This document shows positions 38,873 through 48,285 of a stretch of 57,000 nucleotides of DNA, piece by piece; position 1 is the first letter of the stretch, and the number at the start of each line of letters is the position of its first letter. Below the pieces are notes generated by a model that worked only from the letters and a program-made list of their open reading frames with translations, did no database searches and was not told where the DNA came from. Position numbers and translations under genes: made by a program. Source of the stretch: a virus (lineage: Duplodnaviria; Caudoviricetes); IMG/VR virus record IMGVR_UViG_3300027792_000021, positions 1-57,000 of that record; one strand, given 5' to 3'.

Positions 38873-39253
38873 TCACGGTATAAGCCTATCCTTTGAGAAA
38901 TTTAAAACCTCCTTCTCTTGTTTCTCCAGTTTCTCTTTTAGTTTCCGCAAATTCGTCCACGGTTTATTTGCCTTCCCACTACCCCAGCACATATCACATA
39001 TCCCGGAAGTAACCATCTGCCCACCTGCACCGCCTCCCCAAAGTGAAGTATCGCCATAAGCACGAACTCCTGCACCACCACAAACAGAACAAGGGACATC
39101 CCCCATTTCGCGGTCAATATCTCTCCATAAAAGCATGTCGTTATATATGATGTCCTGTCGCCGATTACAGCATTCCTGTAATTGCTTTACCTGTTCTTTT
39201 AGTTGAGCATTTTCTTCCAAAACATCAGCTTTTTCTCGTGTCATCGTTTCCAC
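38873..39253 (-). CDS. Coiled-coil protein with DnaJ-type CxxCxGxG Zn finger
   Basis: CSVCGGAG...CDMCWGSG. Confidence 0.65.
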   Translation of the reverse strand: METMTREKADVLEENAQLKEQVKQLQECCNRRQDIIYNDMLLWRDIDREMGDVPCSVCGGAGVRAYGDTSLWGGGAGGQMVTSGICDMCWGSGKANKPWTNLRKLKEKLEKQEKEVLNFSKDRLIP

Positions 39254-39429
39254 CTCTCCATACTAAAAACTAAATCCCTTGTGTCGGTTCTCATGTCAAA
39301 TCCCAACTCCCATAAATAATATCCGTGGGATTCCATCACATTGACTATGTCTTTATCTAATTCGGCATTTACTTCCCCCACAATAGTCTTATAGCACAAT
39401 CTTGCCTCACCCTTCTTTAGCTCAATCAT
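39241..39429 (-). CDS. Hypothetical protein
   Basis: AGGAGG RBS. Confidence 0.6.
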   Translation of the reverse strand: MIELKKGEARLCYKTIVGEVNAELDKDIVNVMESHGYYLWELGFDMRTDTRDLVFSMERWKR

Positions 39430-39598
39430 CGTTTCGCCTCCTCCTTGCTGAAAATAACTTTATGCCCTTTTTCATCACGCACCTCTACAACAAAATCTTG
39501 CAAAGATGGGTGCTTAATCATGTCATAAAACCCTGATTTATGATGAATTATTTTGAATAGAAGTACTCCCTTCTTGTCTTTTATGGTTACGGACTTAA

Positions 39599-39829
39599 TC
39601 ATCTCTTAATGAACTCTTCTATCGTGTTTTCGCATTTTTTAAGACAAAGTATTGCCTGAATCTCAATTTCATGCAAAATTCGTTGTTTGGTTATACTTTC
39701 AGGCTTTAAAACTGATAGCATTTTTAACCGTGAGGCACAATCACGGTAAGCATCGGCCTTGCCTTTAAGATACATCCGATCCATTAAAACAGCCATTCTA
39801 TGTTGTAAATCCTGTAGGTTATCGTCCAT
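39599..39829 (-). CDS. Hypothetical protein
   Basis: RBS, coupled ORF. Confidence 0.6.
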   Translation of the reverse strand: MDDNLQDLQHRMAVLMDRMYLKGKADAYRDCASRLKMLSVLKPESITKQRILHEIEIQAILCLKKCENTIEEFIKR

Positions 39830-40043
39830 AGTCCCCCCTTATGCTGAAACTCTCATTACTCCCACACTTCGGACACTTAATTTTGCTATCGTCTGCACCA
39901 TAGTACGGCCATTCATTGCCACAGATATTGCAAGTTACGATTTTCGGCTGGCTCAGTCCTGATTTAGTCTTATCCATGTTTTGTCCCTCCCTTATGCGTT
40001 TTAACACGCTCGGTAAAATAGTTGATATGTGTTCCGGGTCCAT
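39819..40043 (-). CDS. Zn-ribbon protein
   Basis: CNIC...CPKCGS. Confidence 0.6.
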   Translation of the reverse strand: MDPEHISTILPSVLKRIREGQNMDKTKSGLSQPKIVTCNICGNEWPYYGADDSKIKCPKCGSNESFSIRGDYGR

Positions 40044-40805
40044 TTATGCCTCCGCTATATACTCAATAACAACAATACGACAATTTACGCCAGTACCACT
40101 TCCCTTGAATGATCCTTCTGATAATTTTTCTGAATATCCACTAATTTCATTGAACCACTCACGAAACGCTTTTGCCTTCGTATTGCTTCGGAAGAAAGCA
40201 GCTTCACCCATAACAGATACAAGAACACCCTCATCTTTTAAAAACTTATGAGCGTGCATAACGTGAGAAATATCCTGCAATTCTTCAAATGGTGGATTCA
40301 TTACAACAACATCGTACTTTCTTTCAGGCTTGATATTAAGAAAATCTTCGTTCATTACTTGATAACCCATTTCAGAAAGTGCTTTTGCCCGCTGTTCATT
40401 TTTTTCAACGCAAAAGATTTCTGCCCCAGTTGACTTAATATGTTTGGCAATAGCCCCTAAACCGGCAGACGGCTCTAATACAATATCTCCAGGCCTTGTA
40501 TCAGCAAAAAGCATCATTCTATTTACTACTTCAAGAGGTGTCTCAAAAAACCCATCACGTTCTACAGTTAAAGTTCCGCTATCCAGTAAACCAACAACCT
40601 GTAAGCGTGGATCGAGCTTAAATATATGAGCCTTTGCAGAACGATTCCACTTACCACCCATAGCTTTTAGAGCCTTATTTACACGCTCATAAAGTTTACG
40701 ATCAAGTTGACCGACAAGAACTCCATGCAAACCGTCATTGCTCCACTCCATTGCTTTTAAAACTTCAAGCACATCATCTTCAAATTTCAATGTTTTTGTC
40801 AGCAT
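40044..40805 (-). CDS. DNA amino-methyltransferase (N6-adenine type)
   Basis: FFETP, VLEPSAGLG (motif I), VVMNPPF (motif IV). Confidence 0.88.
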   Translation of the reverse strand: MLTKTLKFEDDVLEVLKAMEWSNDGLHGVLVGQLDRKLYERVNKALKAMGGKWNRSAKAHIFKLDPRLQVVGLLDSGTLTVERDGFFETPLEVVNRMMLFADTRPGDIVLEPSAGLGAIAKHIKSTGAEIFCVEKNEQRAKALSEMGYQVMNEDFLNIKPERKYDVVVMNPPFEELQDISHVMHAHKFLKDEGVLVSVMGEAAFFRSNTKAKAFREWFNEISGYSEKLSEGSFKGSGTGVNCRIVVIEYIAEA

Positions 40806-40925
40806 ATTTTTCCCCTTGTTTCTGCTTTCTTGTATTCGTATTGCTGCAATAGCCAGTCAACCCATAAGCTTGTCGTCCGGGTATATGGCAAAGATGAGAG
40901 TAAATCTGCCATAAATTTGTAAAGT

Positions 40926-42554
40926 TTAATCATGTTTAACTACCTCATAAAAAATTCCATTAGAACGAACCATCATGTCAACATATCCCTCTTTTCCATG
41001 ATCAGCAAAACGTACTTTCTGGATATAGGCCGTTGTAATGTTGCTGCCATCCTTTTTACGATGTAGGCACAAACCAAAATCTGCCTTGTTTCTCCAATGT
41101 GCACCTCCGCTAATTTGATACATGGTAGGTGGAGAATATTTACCATCTTGATCTCTATGTAATATTCTTGGATGGGCTACTATCCAAGCATGAACTTGGT
41201 TAGTACTTACAAATTCTCTGATTTTAGATAAAGATTGTGCCAAGTATTGAGCTTCCGACATATTTTTATATTGGTGTTCAATTTCATTCCAGGGATCAAT
41301 CACTAATCCTTTAATCCCATACCGAAAAACAGCAGCCTTTGCCTTGGCAAGAATATCATCAAGATTCAACAATTTATTTTTGAGATATATAAAATATACA
41401 AAATCATTAAGGTGCTCAATTCCTTTGGTAACATCATATCTGCATAATTCTTCTGCCGTGCGCCCACTGGACATTTTTTGTAACAACAAAACGATATGCC
41501 TGTCTATAGGCCAATTTTCGGGAGAAAAGACAGCAAATTTCCAATTATTCAGTCTGTTAATGTTAAGCATTAAATTATCAACAAAACTGCTTTTCCCAGA
41601 ACCGGGGATACCGGTTATCACTGTAAAAAGTCCTAATTGTGGAGAATAATGTTGATCCAAAAAAGACCACCCCGTTTTTATCTTTGCCTCTCTTTTATCA
41701 AAAACCCGATCCATTATTTGTTTTTCATATTCTTTAACCCGATAAAGACCTTGCATCGGGCAAGGCTTTGCATTATTGATACAATCAAGAAGAATATCAG
41801 CACCATATTTCATTAAAACATCGTTAGAGTCTTTGCATCCGTCTGGATATTCAACTATCCAACACTTTTCCGGGCCTATACGCCTTACCATTTCTGCTGC
41901 CATAGCTTGCCCAGGGCCATCATCATCGAGAGCAAGAATAATCTGAGTACATTGGTTAATTATGTTTTCTGCAGATTCCATAAAATTAAAAGCACTATCA
42001 AAGGACTTTGTGCCTGGATTGATTGCACCATTAGGAACAGATGTGACTTTATCCCATCCTGCAGATTGCACAGCAAGAGCGTCCATTTCACCCTCTGTAA
42101 TTACGAGAGGTCCATCAAGCATAGAAATAAAATCAAATCTATAAAGACATGGTTCTGCCCCTGAAATCTGATAAAACTTTTTATTTATTCCTCTATGTTT
42201 GATATTAACTGTTTGCCCCGACTTGATATATGGAAAGCAAATGTCATTATTTTTTAAACCAATATTGTTTTGTGCCAATACATGATCTGAAATTTTTCTG
42301 TCTTTAAAAAATTTTATAGCTTCGTTATTTAATGGGGTTGGTTGATAAGTAGGTATAATATATTTTGACTTGGTTTTTTTGATACAACCTGAATATCCGC
42401 AATGGTGGCAACACCACAAACCTTCATCTATATTTACAGATAAACATTTTTCTTTAGATTTTTTACGAGTGGCAGAACACGAAGGGCACAAAGTTCTTTC
42501 ATGCCCCGAAGTATTAGTAAGGTGGATTCCATAATCAGTAAAAGTTTTTTTCAT
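40926..42554 (-). CDS. Primase-helicase (T7 gp4/Twinkle-like)
   Basis: Zn finger CPSC...CHHC; TOPRIM ITEGEMD, DDD.PG, KDSND; SF4 GIPGSGKS, IDPWN, VAHP. Confidence 0.92.
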   Translation of the reverse strand: MKKTFTDYGIHLTNTSGHERTLCPSCSATRKKSKEKCLSVNIDEGLWCCHHCGYSGCIKKTKSKYIIPTYQPTPLNNEAIKFFKDRKISDHVLAQNNIGLKNNDICFPYIKSGQTVNIKHRGINKKFYQISGAEPCLYRFDFISMLDGPLVITEGEMDALAVQSAGWDKVTSVPNGAINPGTKSFDSAFNFMESAENIINQCTQIILALDDDGPGQAMAAEMVRRIGPEKCWIVEYPDGCKDSNDVLMKYGADILLDCINNAKPCPMQGLYRVKEYEKQIMDRVFDKREAKIKTGWSFLDQHYSPQLGLFTVITGIPGSGKSSFVDNLMLNINRLNNWKFAVFSPENWPIDRHIVLLLQKMSSGRTAEELCRYDVTKGIEHLNDFVYFIYLKNKLLNLDDILAKAKAAVFRYGIKGLVIDPWNEIEHQYKNMSEAQYLAQSLSKIREFVSTNQVHAWIVAHPRILHRDQDGKYSPPTMYQISGGAHWRNKADFGLCLHRKKDGSNITTAYIQKVRFADHGKEGYVDMMVRSNGIFYEVVKHD

Positions 42555-42562
42555 TGCCTACC

Positions 42563-43261
42563 TCAATATGGGAAAATTTCTTCCGTAGATTGTGCCGGTT
42601 GATCTTTAAGTGGAAAAATACCCTTCCATCCATTCTCAATACTTTGTTCAATTAATGCTCTGGCTATTTTAGGATTTCCACTACTAAATTTTTCAATTCT
42701 TCCGATATTTAATTTTTCTGCTTTCTTAGTCATTGTTCCTTTGAGTTTGTTTCTATGTTCTTTAAAATCTTCCCAAAGCTCTTCAGGAATAAAATCAGGT
42801 AACGTATTTTCTTTTTCTTCTTTTACTTCTTCTCTTTCTTTTATTATAGTGTTTCGACCTTTTGACCTTCGTAAGATCTTCATGGGATCTTCATTGTTGC
42901 CTTCATAATTATTAGGGTCTTGATAATAGTCATAATTTAAGATAGTTATAACAATTCCCCTTGTTGCCTTCATCGTTTCCGTCATGTTGCCTTCACATAA
43001 CCTTCGTAGAGCCTTCGTAAGACGTGGTTTTGAATACTTCATTTTACGAAAACCGACATACCAGCAAAGGTCATTTTGAATATCTGCAAATCTGAAAAAC
43101 CCTGTGCCCCTCGGAAGTTTACCATCTTTCCAGTTTACTTTTCTAATAAGATAGAGCCACAGTTCTCTTACAATAGGTGGCTCTTTCATAACCTCAGACT
43201 CATCCAATCTTCTTGGTTGTAAAATGTAGCCGCCTGGTATTTTGGTATAGCCATTTTTCAC
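42563..43261 (-). CDS. Phage replication initiator (replisome organiser-like)
   Basis: N-terminal wHTH (LWLYLI...ITILNYDYYQ); C-terminal WEDFKEHR...EQSIENGWKGIF; precedes helicase. Confidence 0.75.
   Translation of the reverse strand: MKNGYTKIPGGYILQPRRLDESEVMKEPPIVRELWLYLIRKVNWKDGKLPRGTGFFRFADIQNDLCWYVGFRKMKYSKPRLTKALRRLCEGNMTETMKATRGIVITILNYDYYQDPNNYEGNNEDPMKILRRSKGRNTIIKEREEVKEEKENTLPDFIPEELWEDFKEHRNKLKGTMTKKAEKLNIGRIEKFSSGNPKIARALIEQSIENGWKGIFPLKDQPAQSTEEIFPY
42866..43022. repeat. Iteron-like repeats, putative replication origin
   Basis: ccttcgtaaga x2, ccttcgtaga and tgttgc(c)cttca x3 inside the initiator gene. Confidence 0.55.
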
Positions 43262-43443
43262 ATAAACGTCCTTAAGCCCTGCAACCCTTTCTCTCGTATT
43301 TGCCGTTGAATATTTTCAAAATCATCTAAAATCACAAATTCGTCTTTTTGCCCCTCCAATACAACATGGCAAGAAGTTGACGCTGCTGTTTTTTCTTCAT
43401 AAATATAAAGAATGCGGGACCAGGGAATAAATAGTTTTGTCAT
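43258..43443 (-). CDS. Hypothetical protein
   Basis: GAGGTG RBS; coupled to initiator. Confidence 0.6.
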   Translation of the reverse strand: MTKLFIPWSRILYIYEEKTAASTSCHVVLEGQKDEFVILDDFENIQRQIREKGLQGLRTFM

Positions 43444-43454
43444 AAAGACACCTC

Positions 43455-43611
43455 AAAAAAACGCACCAGACCTGCTGATCTCAACTGGAAAGAGGAGAGA
43501 TTCCGATACCTCACGGTTAACCGGGATCTGGTGCGTTAAATTATAGGTTTATAGGAATTTCCAGTTTAATCAGCATAATAGATTGATACTATCTTTGGCA
43601 GAATATGTCAA
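43455..43611 (-). promoter_or_regulatory. Promoter plus attenuator-like leader of replication operon
   Basis: TTGACA-17-TATCAA; 11-bp stem plus T7 run; leader complementary to the loop. Confidence 0.65.
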
Positions 43612-43624
43612 GTTATTTTATAGA

Positions 43625-43831
43625 TTATAAATCTTTTCTTGCTTTGCATAAGCGTTCTTTAATTTCTTCAGTACCTTCAGGTAGTAGTTTCCCGGCCGCA
43701 TATATTAGTTCTTTCGCTAAGTCTATTGACTCCAGTTCATCAAGCAACCCACTTGAAATATTGGTACTATCAGCCATTACAACTAATTCCATATATGTTA
43801 AGTTATGCTTTACATCAAAACAAAAGATCAT
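43625..43831 (-). CDS. Hypothetical protein
   Basis: GAGG RBS. Confidence 0.55.
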   Translation of the reverse strand: MIFCFDVKHNLTYMELVVMADSTNISSGLLDELESIDLAKELIYAAGKLLPEGTEEIKERLCKARKDL

Positions 43832-44023
43832 TTATGCCTCCTTTCTATTGATTCATTAACCAATCCTCGATCATCAAAGCCGCTCTCCATAGTTCGTTTC
43901 CGTGCTTATACATCTCTCCATCATCACAGGTACACATCAAGTTTGAAGCTCGGCACATGACTATCTGTGCTTCCAATAATGCTTCTATTATTTCTTTATC
44001 CATAATTCCTCCTTTATTTTTCC

Positions 44024-44170
44024 TTTAAGCAACTCTGGGCGGGGCGACAGTAACCATTGTGCACATACCATCATTACCGCTGCCCTTTCCAGATTAGGCC
44101 GTTTGCAAAGCGACCTTCATTGTTCCGGTTTTACAATTTCGGCTGTCAGCACCCCCCACAGTTGCTTAAA
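44024..44170. ncRNA. Structured non-coding element A
   Basis: Closed by tttaagcaact/agttgcttaaa with an extended imperfect stem. Confidence 0.4.
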
Positions 44171-44324
44171 ATTGTTATACGCCCCGTTTCTCACCGTGTT
44201 TAATGGTACTGGGTTATTCCCATCTGGCCCTTGAGACCTAAACCCTGTAAGTGTCGTCTCAAGCCGTACCCAGGGTTAGAATGGCCAAGCGCACGGGATC
44301 ATCCACTGACGGGCGTATAACAAT
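44171..44324. ncRNA. Structured non-coding element B
   Basis: Closed by attgttatacgccc/gggcgtataacaat; inner ccgtg/cacgg, ctgggt/acccag and ttgagac/gtctcaa. Confidence 0.45.
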
Positions 44325-44406
44325 ACTTTTCTCCTTTATGTCTCATAAATCAGAAAATATGAGTCACAAGTTAGTTTGTTGCTAATAGATTAGAGTAAAA
44401 GATTTA

Positions 44407-44628
44407 TTATAATTTTGTAACTCTCAACTTTCCTCTATCTACACGGATAAGCGGCACACAATGGTAAACATATGTTCTTATCCCATGTTCTTTTGTTTCA
44501 TTTTTCGCATTTTCAATAGCAGATTTAAGGTCATCATGTGTTTCAAAATCTTCCTCTATCTCTACCGTATTGTCCAAGTTGCCGATGCTTGTTGTAAGAT
44601 AAAAACTTATGTTTTGCTTGTGTTTCAT
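44407..44628 (-). CDS. Hypothetical protein
   Basis: Start MKHKQ with G-rich RBS. Confidence 0.55.
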   Translation of the reverse strand: MKHKQNISFYLTTSIGNLDNTVEIEEDFETHDDLKSAIENAKNETKEHGIRTYVYHCVPLIRVDRGKLRVTKL

Positions 44629-44810
44629 ATATTCCCCCTTTTGGTAACTAAATGCTGCACTTGTTGTAGTGTAATAGTATTTGCACATGTTTCGCAAACA
44701 GGTATTGCCATCAACTGGATATTAAAAACTGTTTTTGTTAAGCTTCCGCAGACAACACAACGACGGGGTTTATCTGTATCCAACTCCTTTGGATGTTCAA
44801 ATTCTCTCAT
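44625..44810 (-). CDS. Zn-finger protein
   Basis: CVVC...CETC. Confidence 0.6.
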   Translation of the reverse strand: MREFEHPKELDTDKPRRCVVCGSLTKTVFNIQLMAIPVCETCANTITLQQVQHLVTKRGNI

Positions 44811-45019
44811 TACTCATAATCCCCCATGCACCATTCCCACTCCACCGAAGCCCCACAACAATCAGTCATTGGATCACCCCATGTATCAGGGTAATGTGTA
44901 CCTGGCAGGCCGTGACCTGCATAGTCAAACTCGTTCTGTAACGCAACAATCTTGCAGGGTTGCCCACATTCAGGGCAGACAAAACCTTCTGGTGTATCAT
45001 ACTCAGGTATTTTTCTCAT
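44810..45019 (-). CDS. Cys-rich small protein
   Basis: CPEC...DCCGA. Confidence 0.55.
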   Translation of the reverse strand: MRKIPEYDTPEGFVCPECGQPCKIVALQNEFDYAGHGLPGTHYPDTWGDPMTDCCGASVEWEWCMGDYE

Positions 45020-45471
45020 TCCGTAACATCCAGTGGTGTACCACAAATTCGGCAAAACTTGATTTCAGGTTGTTTCACTGATTCAGTAGATACTCTATAC
45101 AAATTTCTTTCTATTATTTTGCAATTAAGCTCTATTTCAATTTTTCCCCCTCCCTTTCTCCCAACTCTTCTCCGTAATTGTTGCTGATATTTTCTTGTTA
45201 AATAAGGATCATGGAAGTGAGGGTTCTTTGAAACATCAATATTCCACGTTTTTGGTCTTTTCTTCCATCCATCACATATTCTTCCTCTTCCCCATCCATA
45301 TAAATAGCACATTTCACCAATACCCATCGTTCTTCCTAAAAGTAAACATTCTGAAGTATCAGCACTATTTCCGTCTTCAGAAAAAAATACTCGGAAATAC
45401 CTGCAATTAGTACAGGACTTGTCTTGGTACCTCAGTCGAACTATGTTTTCTAATTCCGTTAAGGTTGTCAT
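45016..45471 (-). CDS. Cys-rich hypothetical protein
   Basis: Start MTTLTE with GGAGGG RBS; CTNC and CRIC. Confidence 0.55.
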   Translation of the reverse strand: MTTLTELENIVRLRYQDKSCTNCRYFRVFFSEDGNSADTSECLLLGRTMGIGEMCYLYGWGRGRICDGWKKRPKTWNIDVSKNPHFHDPYLTRKYQQQLRRRVGRKGGGKIEIELNCKIIERNLYRVSTESVKQPEIKFCRICGTPLDVTE

Positions 45472-45583
45472 TTTCTCCCCCTCCCTTTCCTGCCCGCAAA
45501 CCGGCAATCCCTCGCGCAGTTGGCACATACGGCCACCGAGGTAGGACAACCGGTCTTTGGGCAGATTGTTGGTTGATAGATTT

Positions 45584-46114
45584 TCATACTTCATTGCCCC
45601 AAACATCCCATCCTTCGGTTTTTTGTCTTGCAAATAATTCAATACGAGGTAAATCACCAGAAACAGAAACAATCATATCTCTAAAAAATTGAGGTTTTAC
45701 AGAATGAGCATGTCTTTTATGCTCGAACCAAGTTGTATCTATTCTTTTTTTTGCTTTTAGCGTTCCACGTCTGCAAAAGAATAAGTGTTCTGTTGTTTGT
45801 ATAAAAGTTCCACCAAGCCCTATCCCGTGCGGAGGCTTACACCAAGTAAGCATACACGAAAAGTTAAATCCCCAATTTTTTAAAACATCAAAAGTTTCTT
45901 TTAAATATTTGTTTATTGTCCATAAATATAGATGACAATTTTTATCGGCAATTTGGGAAACAGGCATATTTATAATATCATTTATATCCATTGTTGGATA
46001 AACTAAGTTTCTTGATTTCCCATTACTATTCCAATCGGGGCCAGCTTTAACATCCCACGGTGGGTCAGCATAAATAATCTGATATTTTTTATTCGGAAAC
46101 GGTATTTGTTCCAT
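45584..46114 (-). CDS. MT-A70-family adenine methyltransferase
   Basis: IIYADPPW, LYLWT, HS.KP, RIELFAR, GWDVWGNE. Confidence 0.92.
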   Translation of the reverse strand: MEQIPFPNKKYQIIYADPPWDVKAGPDWNSNGKSRNLVYPTMDINDIINMPVSQIADKNCHLYLWTINKYLKETFDVLKNWGFNFSCMLTWCKPPHGIGLGGTFIQTTEHLFFCRRGTLKAKKRIDTTWFEHKRHAHSVKPQFFRDMIVSVSGDLPRIELFARQKTEGWDVWGNEV

Positions 46115-46134
46115 TCAAACCTCCATTTTATTTA

Positions 46135-46199
46135 ATCATACTACAATCTTTTTTATTGTCAACGATTTTTATTGACAAGATAAAAATAAAGTGTATGAT
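46135..46199. promoter_or_regulatory. Symmetric divergent promoter pair
   Basis: TTGACA-16-TATGAT on both strands, -35 boxes back to back 9 nt apart. Confidence 0.8.
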
Positions 46200-46205
46200 A
46201 GAATC

Positions 46206-46460
46206 ATGGATAAAAAAATTATAGAATCACAACGCATGAATAGGTCCGTAACATCGGCTATGATGAGGCGTCTCATCAAACATTATGGAGGGGGAATACA
46301 TGGCCCGGCCAACAAAAAAGCAAGAATAAAATTAGGGAAATTGCTTAAATGTGATCCCTCGTGGGTGTTTAAAATAGCTCAGGGGGAAAGAACGCCGGGT
46401 CTTTATCCTTGGATGGTAATGCTCAGAAAAATTAAAGAGATAGAGAAAAATGATTCATAA
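46206..46460 (+). CDS. Cro-like HTH regulator, likely leaderless
   Basis: RIKLGKLLKCDPSWVFKIAQGERTP; ATG 6 nt after -10. Confidence 0.65.
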   Translation: MDKKIIESQRMNRSVTSAMMRRLIKHYGGGIHGPANKKARIKLGKLLKCDPSWVFKIAQGERTPGLYPWMVMLRKIKEIEKNDS

Positions 46461-46677
46461 TTTCCTTACCATTTTCGCTGTCTTGCTATTCTTTATTCTC
46501 CTGCTCTTTCTACTTCAGGATGAGCCAAGGGTATCTTCCGGCTGTGAGGTATGCAAAGATCAGGGAATAAGAAAGGCTATGGGTCATCATGGCACGTTGG
46601 TAGCTTGGCAAGACGAGAGTGGCAACCAGTATTTTGGAAGAGACGGACAAGTTTGTAAACTATGGAGAAAAGAATAG
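46450..46677 (+). CDS. Single-TM protein
   Basis: N-terminal TM, CEVC. Confidence 0.55.
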   Translation: MIHNFLTIFAVLLFFILLLFLLQDEPRVSSGCEVCKDQGIRKAMGHHGTLVAWQDESGNQYFGRDGQVCKLWRKE

Positions 46678-46687
46678 GGGATGGATA

Positions 46688-47158
46688 ATGGCAACACTAT
46701 GTCCAAAATGTGATCCAGAACATTTTGCGGTATGTGATTTTTGTAAACACTATCTTGCGCTGTATGAGGTTAATGCGAATGAACATGGTGTTTATATTAG
46801 TGATGGTTGGTGCAAACTTCATAAACGGCATAGAGATCCCGAAGATGGATGTTGTGATTTTTGCTGCTTTTTGGAAGAAACGGGCAGAGAGGATGGAATA
46901 GAAATGAAAAAAACGATTAAGATTTGGAATAGCAAACACGCCCTTACTAAAGGATTAATAGAACAAGAGGCAGAAGAAGTTGGTGATAAATTAGTTAAGA
47001 TTGGTATATTGCAATACCTGCATGGCGAGGGCCGTAATTGGCATCGTACCAAGGAACAAGCTGTAGAACGTGCTGAAGTAATGCGTAAAAAGAGAATTGC
47101 CAGCTTGCGTAAACAACTGGAACGGCTGGAATCGATGCGATTTGATGCCAACAGTTAA
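46688..47158 (+). CDS. Hypothetical protein with Cys-rich N-terminus
   Basis: CPKC, CDFC, CCDFCC; may be two fused modules. Confidence 0.55.
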   Translation: MATLCPKCDPEHFAVCDFCKHYLALYEVNANEHGVYISDGWCKLHKRHRDPEDGCCDFCCFLEETGREDGIEMKKTIKIWNSKHALTKGLIEQEAEEVGDKLVKIGILQYLHGEGRNWHRTKEQAVERAEVMRKKRIASLRKQLERLESMRFDANS

Positions 47159-47176
47159 GCTATGGAAAAATAAAAA

Positions 47177-47407
47177 ATGAATATTGTGAATCTCGTTGAA
47201 ATGGTTGAGGAAGATCAACACCAATCGCCGTGCAGGTTTGGGAATATTGTGGATGGGCATAGTTGTTATTGTCACCATGACCAAGGACCACGCAAATGTC
47301 CAATTTGGAAGTACTACGGTGAACAGCCCGACAAATGGCACAATTATGGTGATTGGAACAAAGAAGATTGGGAAGGTGGTTGTCGGTTCTTTGTTGCTAC
47401 GGAGTGA
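47177..47407 (+). CDS. Cys/His-rich hypothetical protein
   Basis: ORF in operon. Confidence 0.5.
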   Translation: MNIVNLVEMVEEDQHQSPCRFGNIVDGHSCYCHHDQGPRKCPIWKYYGEQPDKWHNYGDWNKEDWEGGCRFFVATE

Positions 47408-47411
47408 GAAC

Positions 47412-47678
47412 ATGTTAGACGGAACTTATTTCTTTGAATGTGGATGTGGAGCAAGTGAACATACTCTACGTTTTATAGTGAATAAAGACCCGGAAGATCC
47501 CGGCATTTATACTGAAATATATCTTAACCAGTGGCGGCCTTGGTGGAAGAGGATATGGATCGGTCTCAAGTATATGTTCGGCTATAAATGCCAGTATGGA
47601 CATTGGGATGTATGGATAATGCGTGATGAGGATGCGACAAGATTGAGAGATATGTGCAATGATTATTTGTCTCGCTAA
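47412..47678 (+). CDS. Hypothetical protein
   Basis: GGAG RBS; FECGC..EH...WWKRIW.GLKY.FGYK..YGHWD. Confidence 0.6.
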   Translation: MLDGTYFFECGCGASEHTLRFIVNKDPEDPGIYTEIYLNQWRPWWKRIWIGLKYMFGYKCQYGHWDVWIMRDEDATRLRDMCNDYLSR

Positions 47679-47854
47679 GGAGGAGCCATGACATTAGAAG
47701 AACTTAAAACAAAAATAGGTAATGTGCTATATGAATATTGGCAAGAATTACCGGAGCCTAAGCCTAAAAACACTAAGTTCATGTACGGGCCTTATAGCCT
47801 GTTAAATGACGTGGACAGGTGGATTGAAGATCAGAAAGATGTAAAGGATAAATA

Positions 47855-48283
47855 ATGCAAGTTTTCATTCCAGGTAATGTGCCATCCTTAAAGAACAGCA
47901 AAATAGCTACATCACGGGGAGTATTTATGTCCAAGACCGTTCAGAAATACTTGCGTGAGCTTGGCATAAAAAGTTATTCGACAAGGTATAAGTCCTATGA
48001 AAATTATAAGAACAGGGAAAATATCTTTGAGAAACTTGTCGTTCCTCTAAAAGTGCAGTTGACCACAAAATATCCTCCCTATGTAATAGGATTTCATTTT
48101 GTCCGGGGGACGAAACATAAGTTTGATTTCAATAATGCGACTCAGATTATATGTGACCTGTTAGTGGCTCATGGTGTAATTGAAGATGATAACATGGACA
48201 TCCTAATTCCGTGGCCGTGGATAAAAGATAAAAAATGGTATTCTTATGATAAAGAAAATCCGGGTTGCTGGTTGGAGGTATAG
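47855..48283 (+). CDS. RusA-like Holliday junction resolvase
   Basis: IPGNVPSLKNS, FDFNN...DLL...G.IEDDN, ENPG. Confidence 0.8.
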   Translation: MQVFIPGNVPSLKNSKIATSRGVFMSKTVQKYLRELGIKSYSTRYKSYENYKNRENIFEKLVVPLKVQLTTKYPPYVIGFHFVRGTKHKFDFNNATQIICDLLVAHGVIEDDNMDILIPWPWIKDKKWYSYDKENPGCWLEV

Positions 48284-48285
48284 AT

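Noticed and set aside
44171-44324. Hammerhead ribozyme (GATGA...GAAAC on the minus strand) or tRNA
   Set aside because: Lacks the CUGANGA core, and has no T-loop GTTC or cloverleaf
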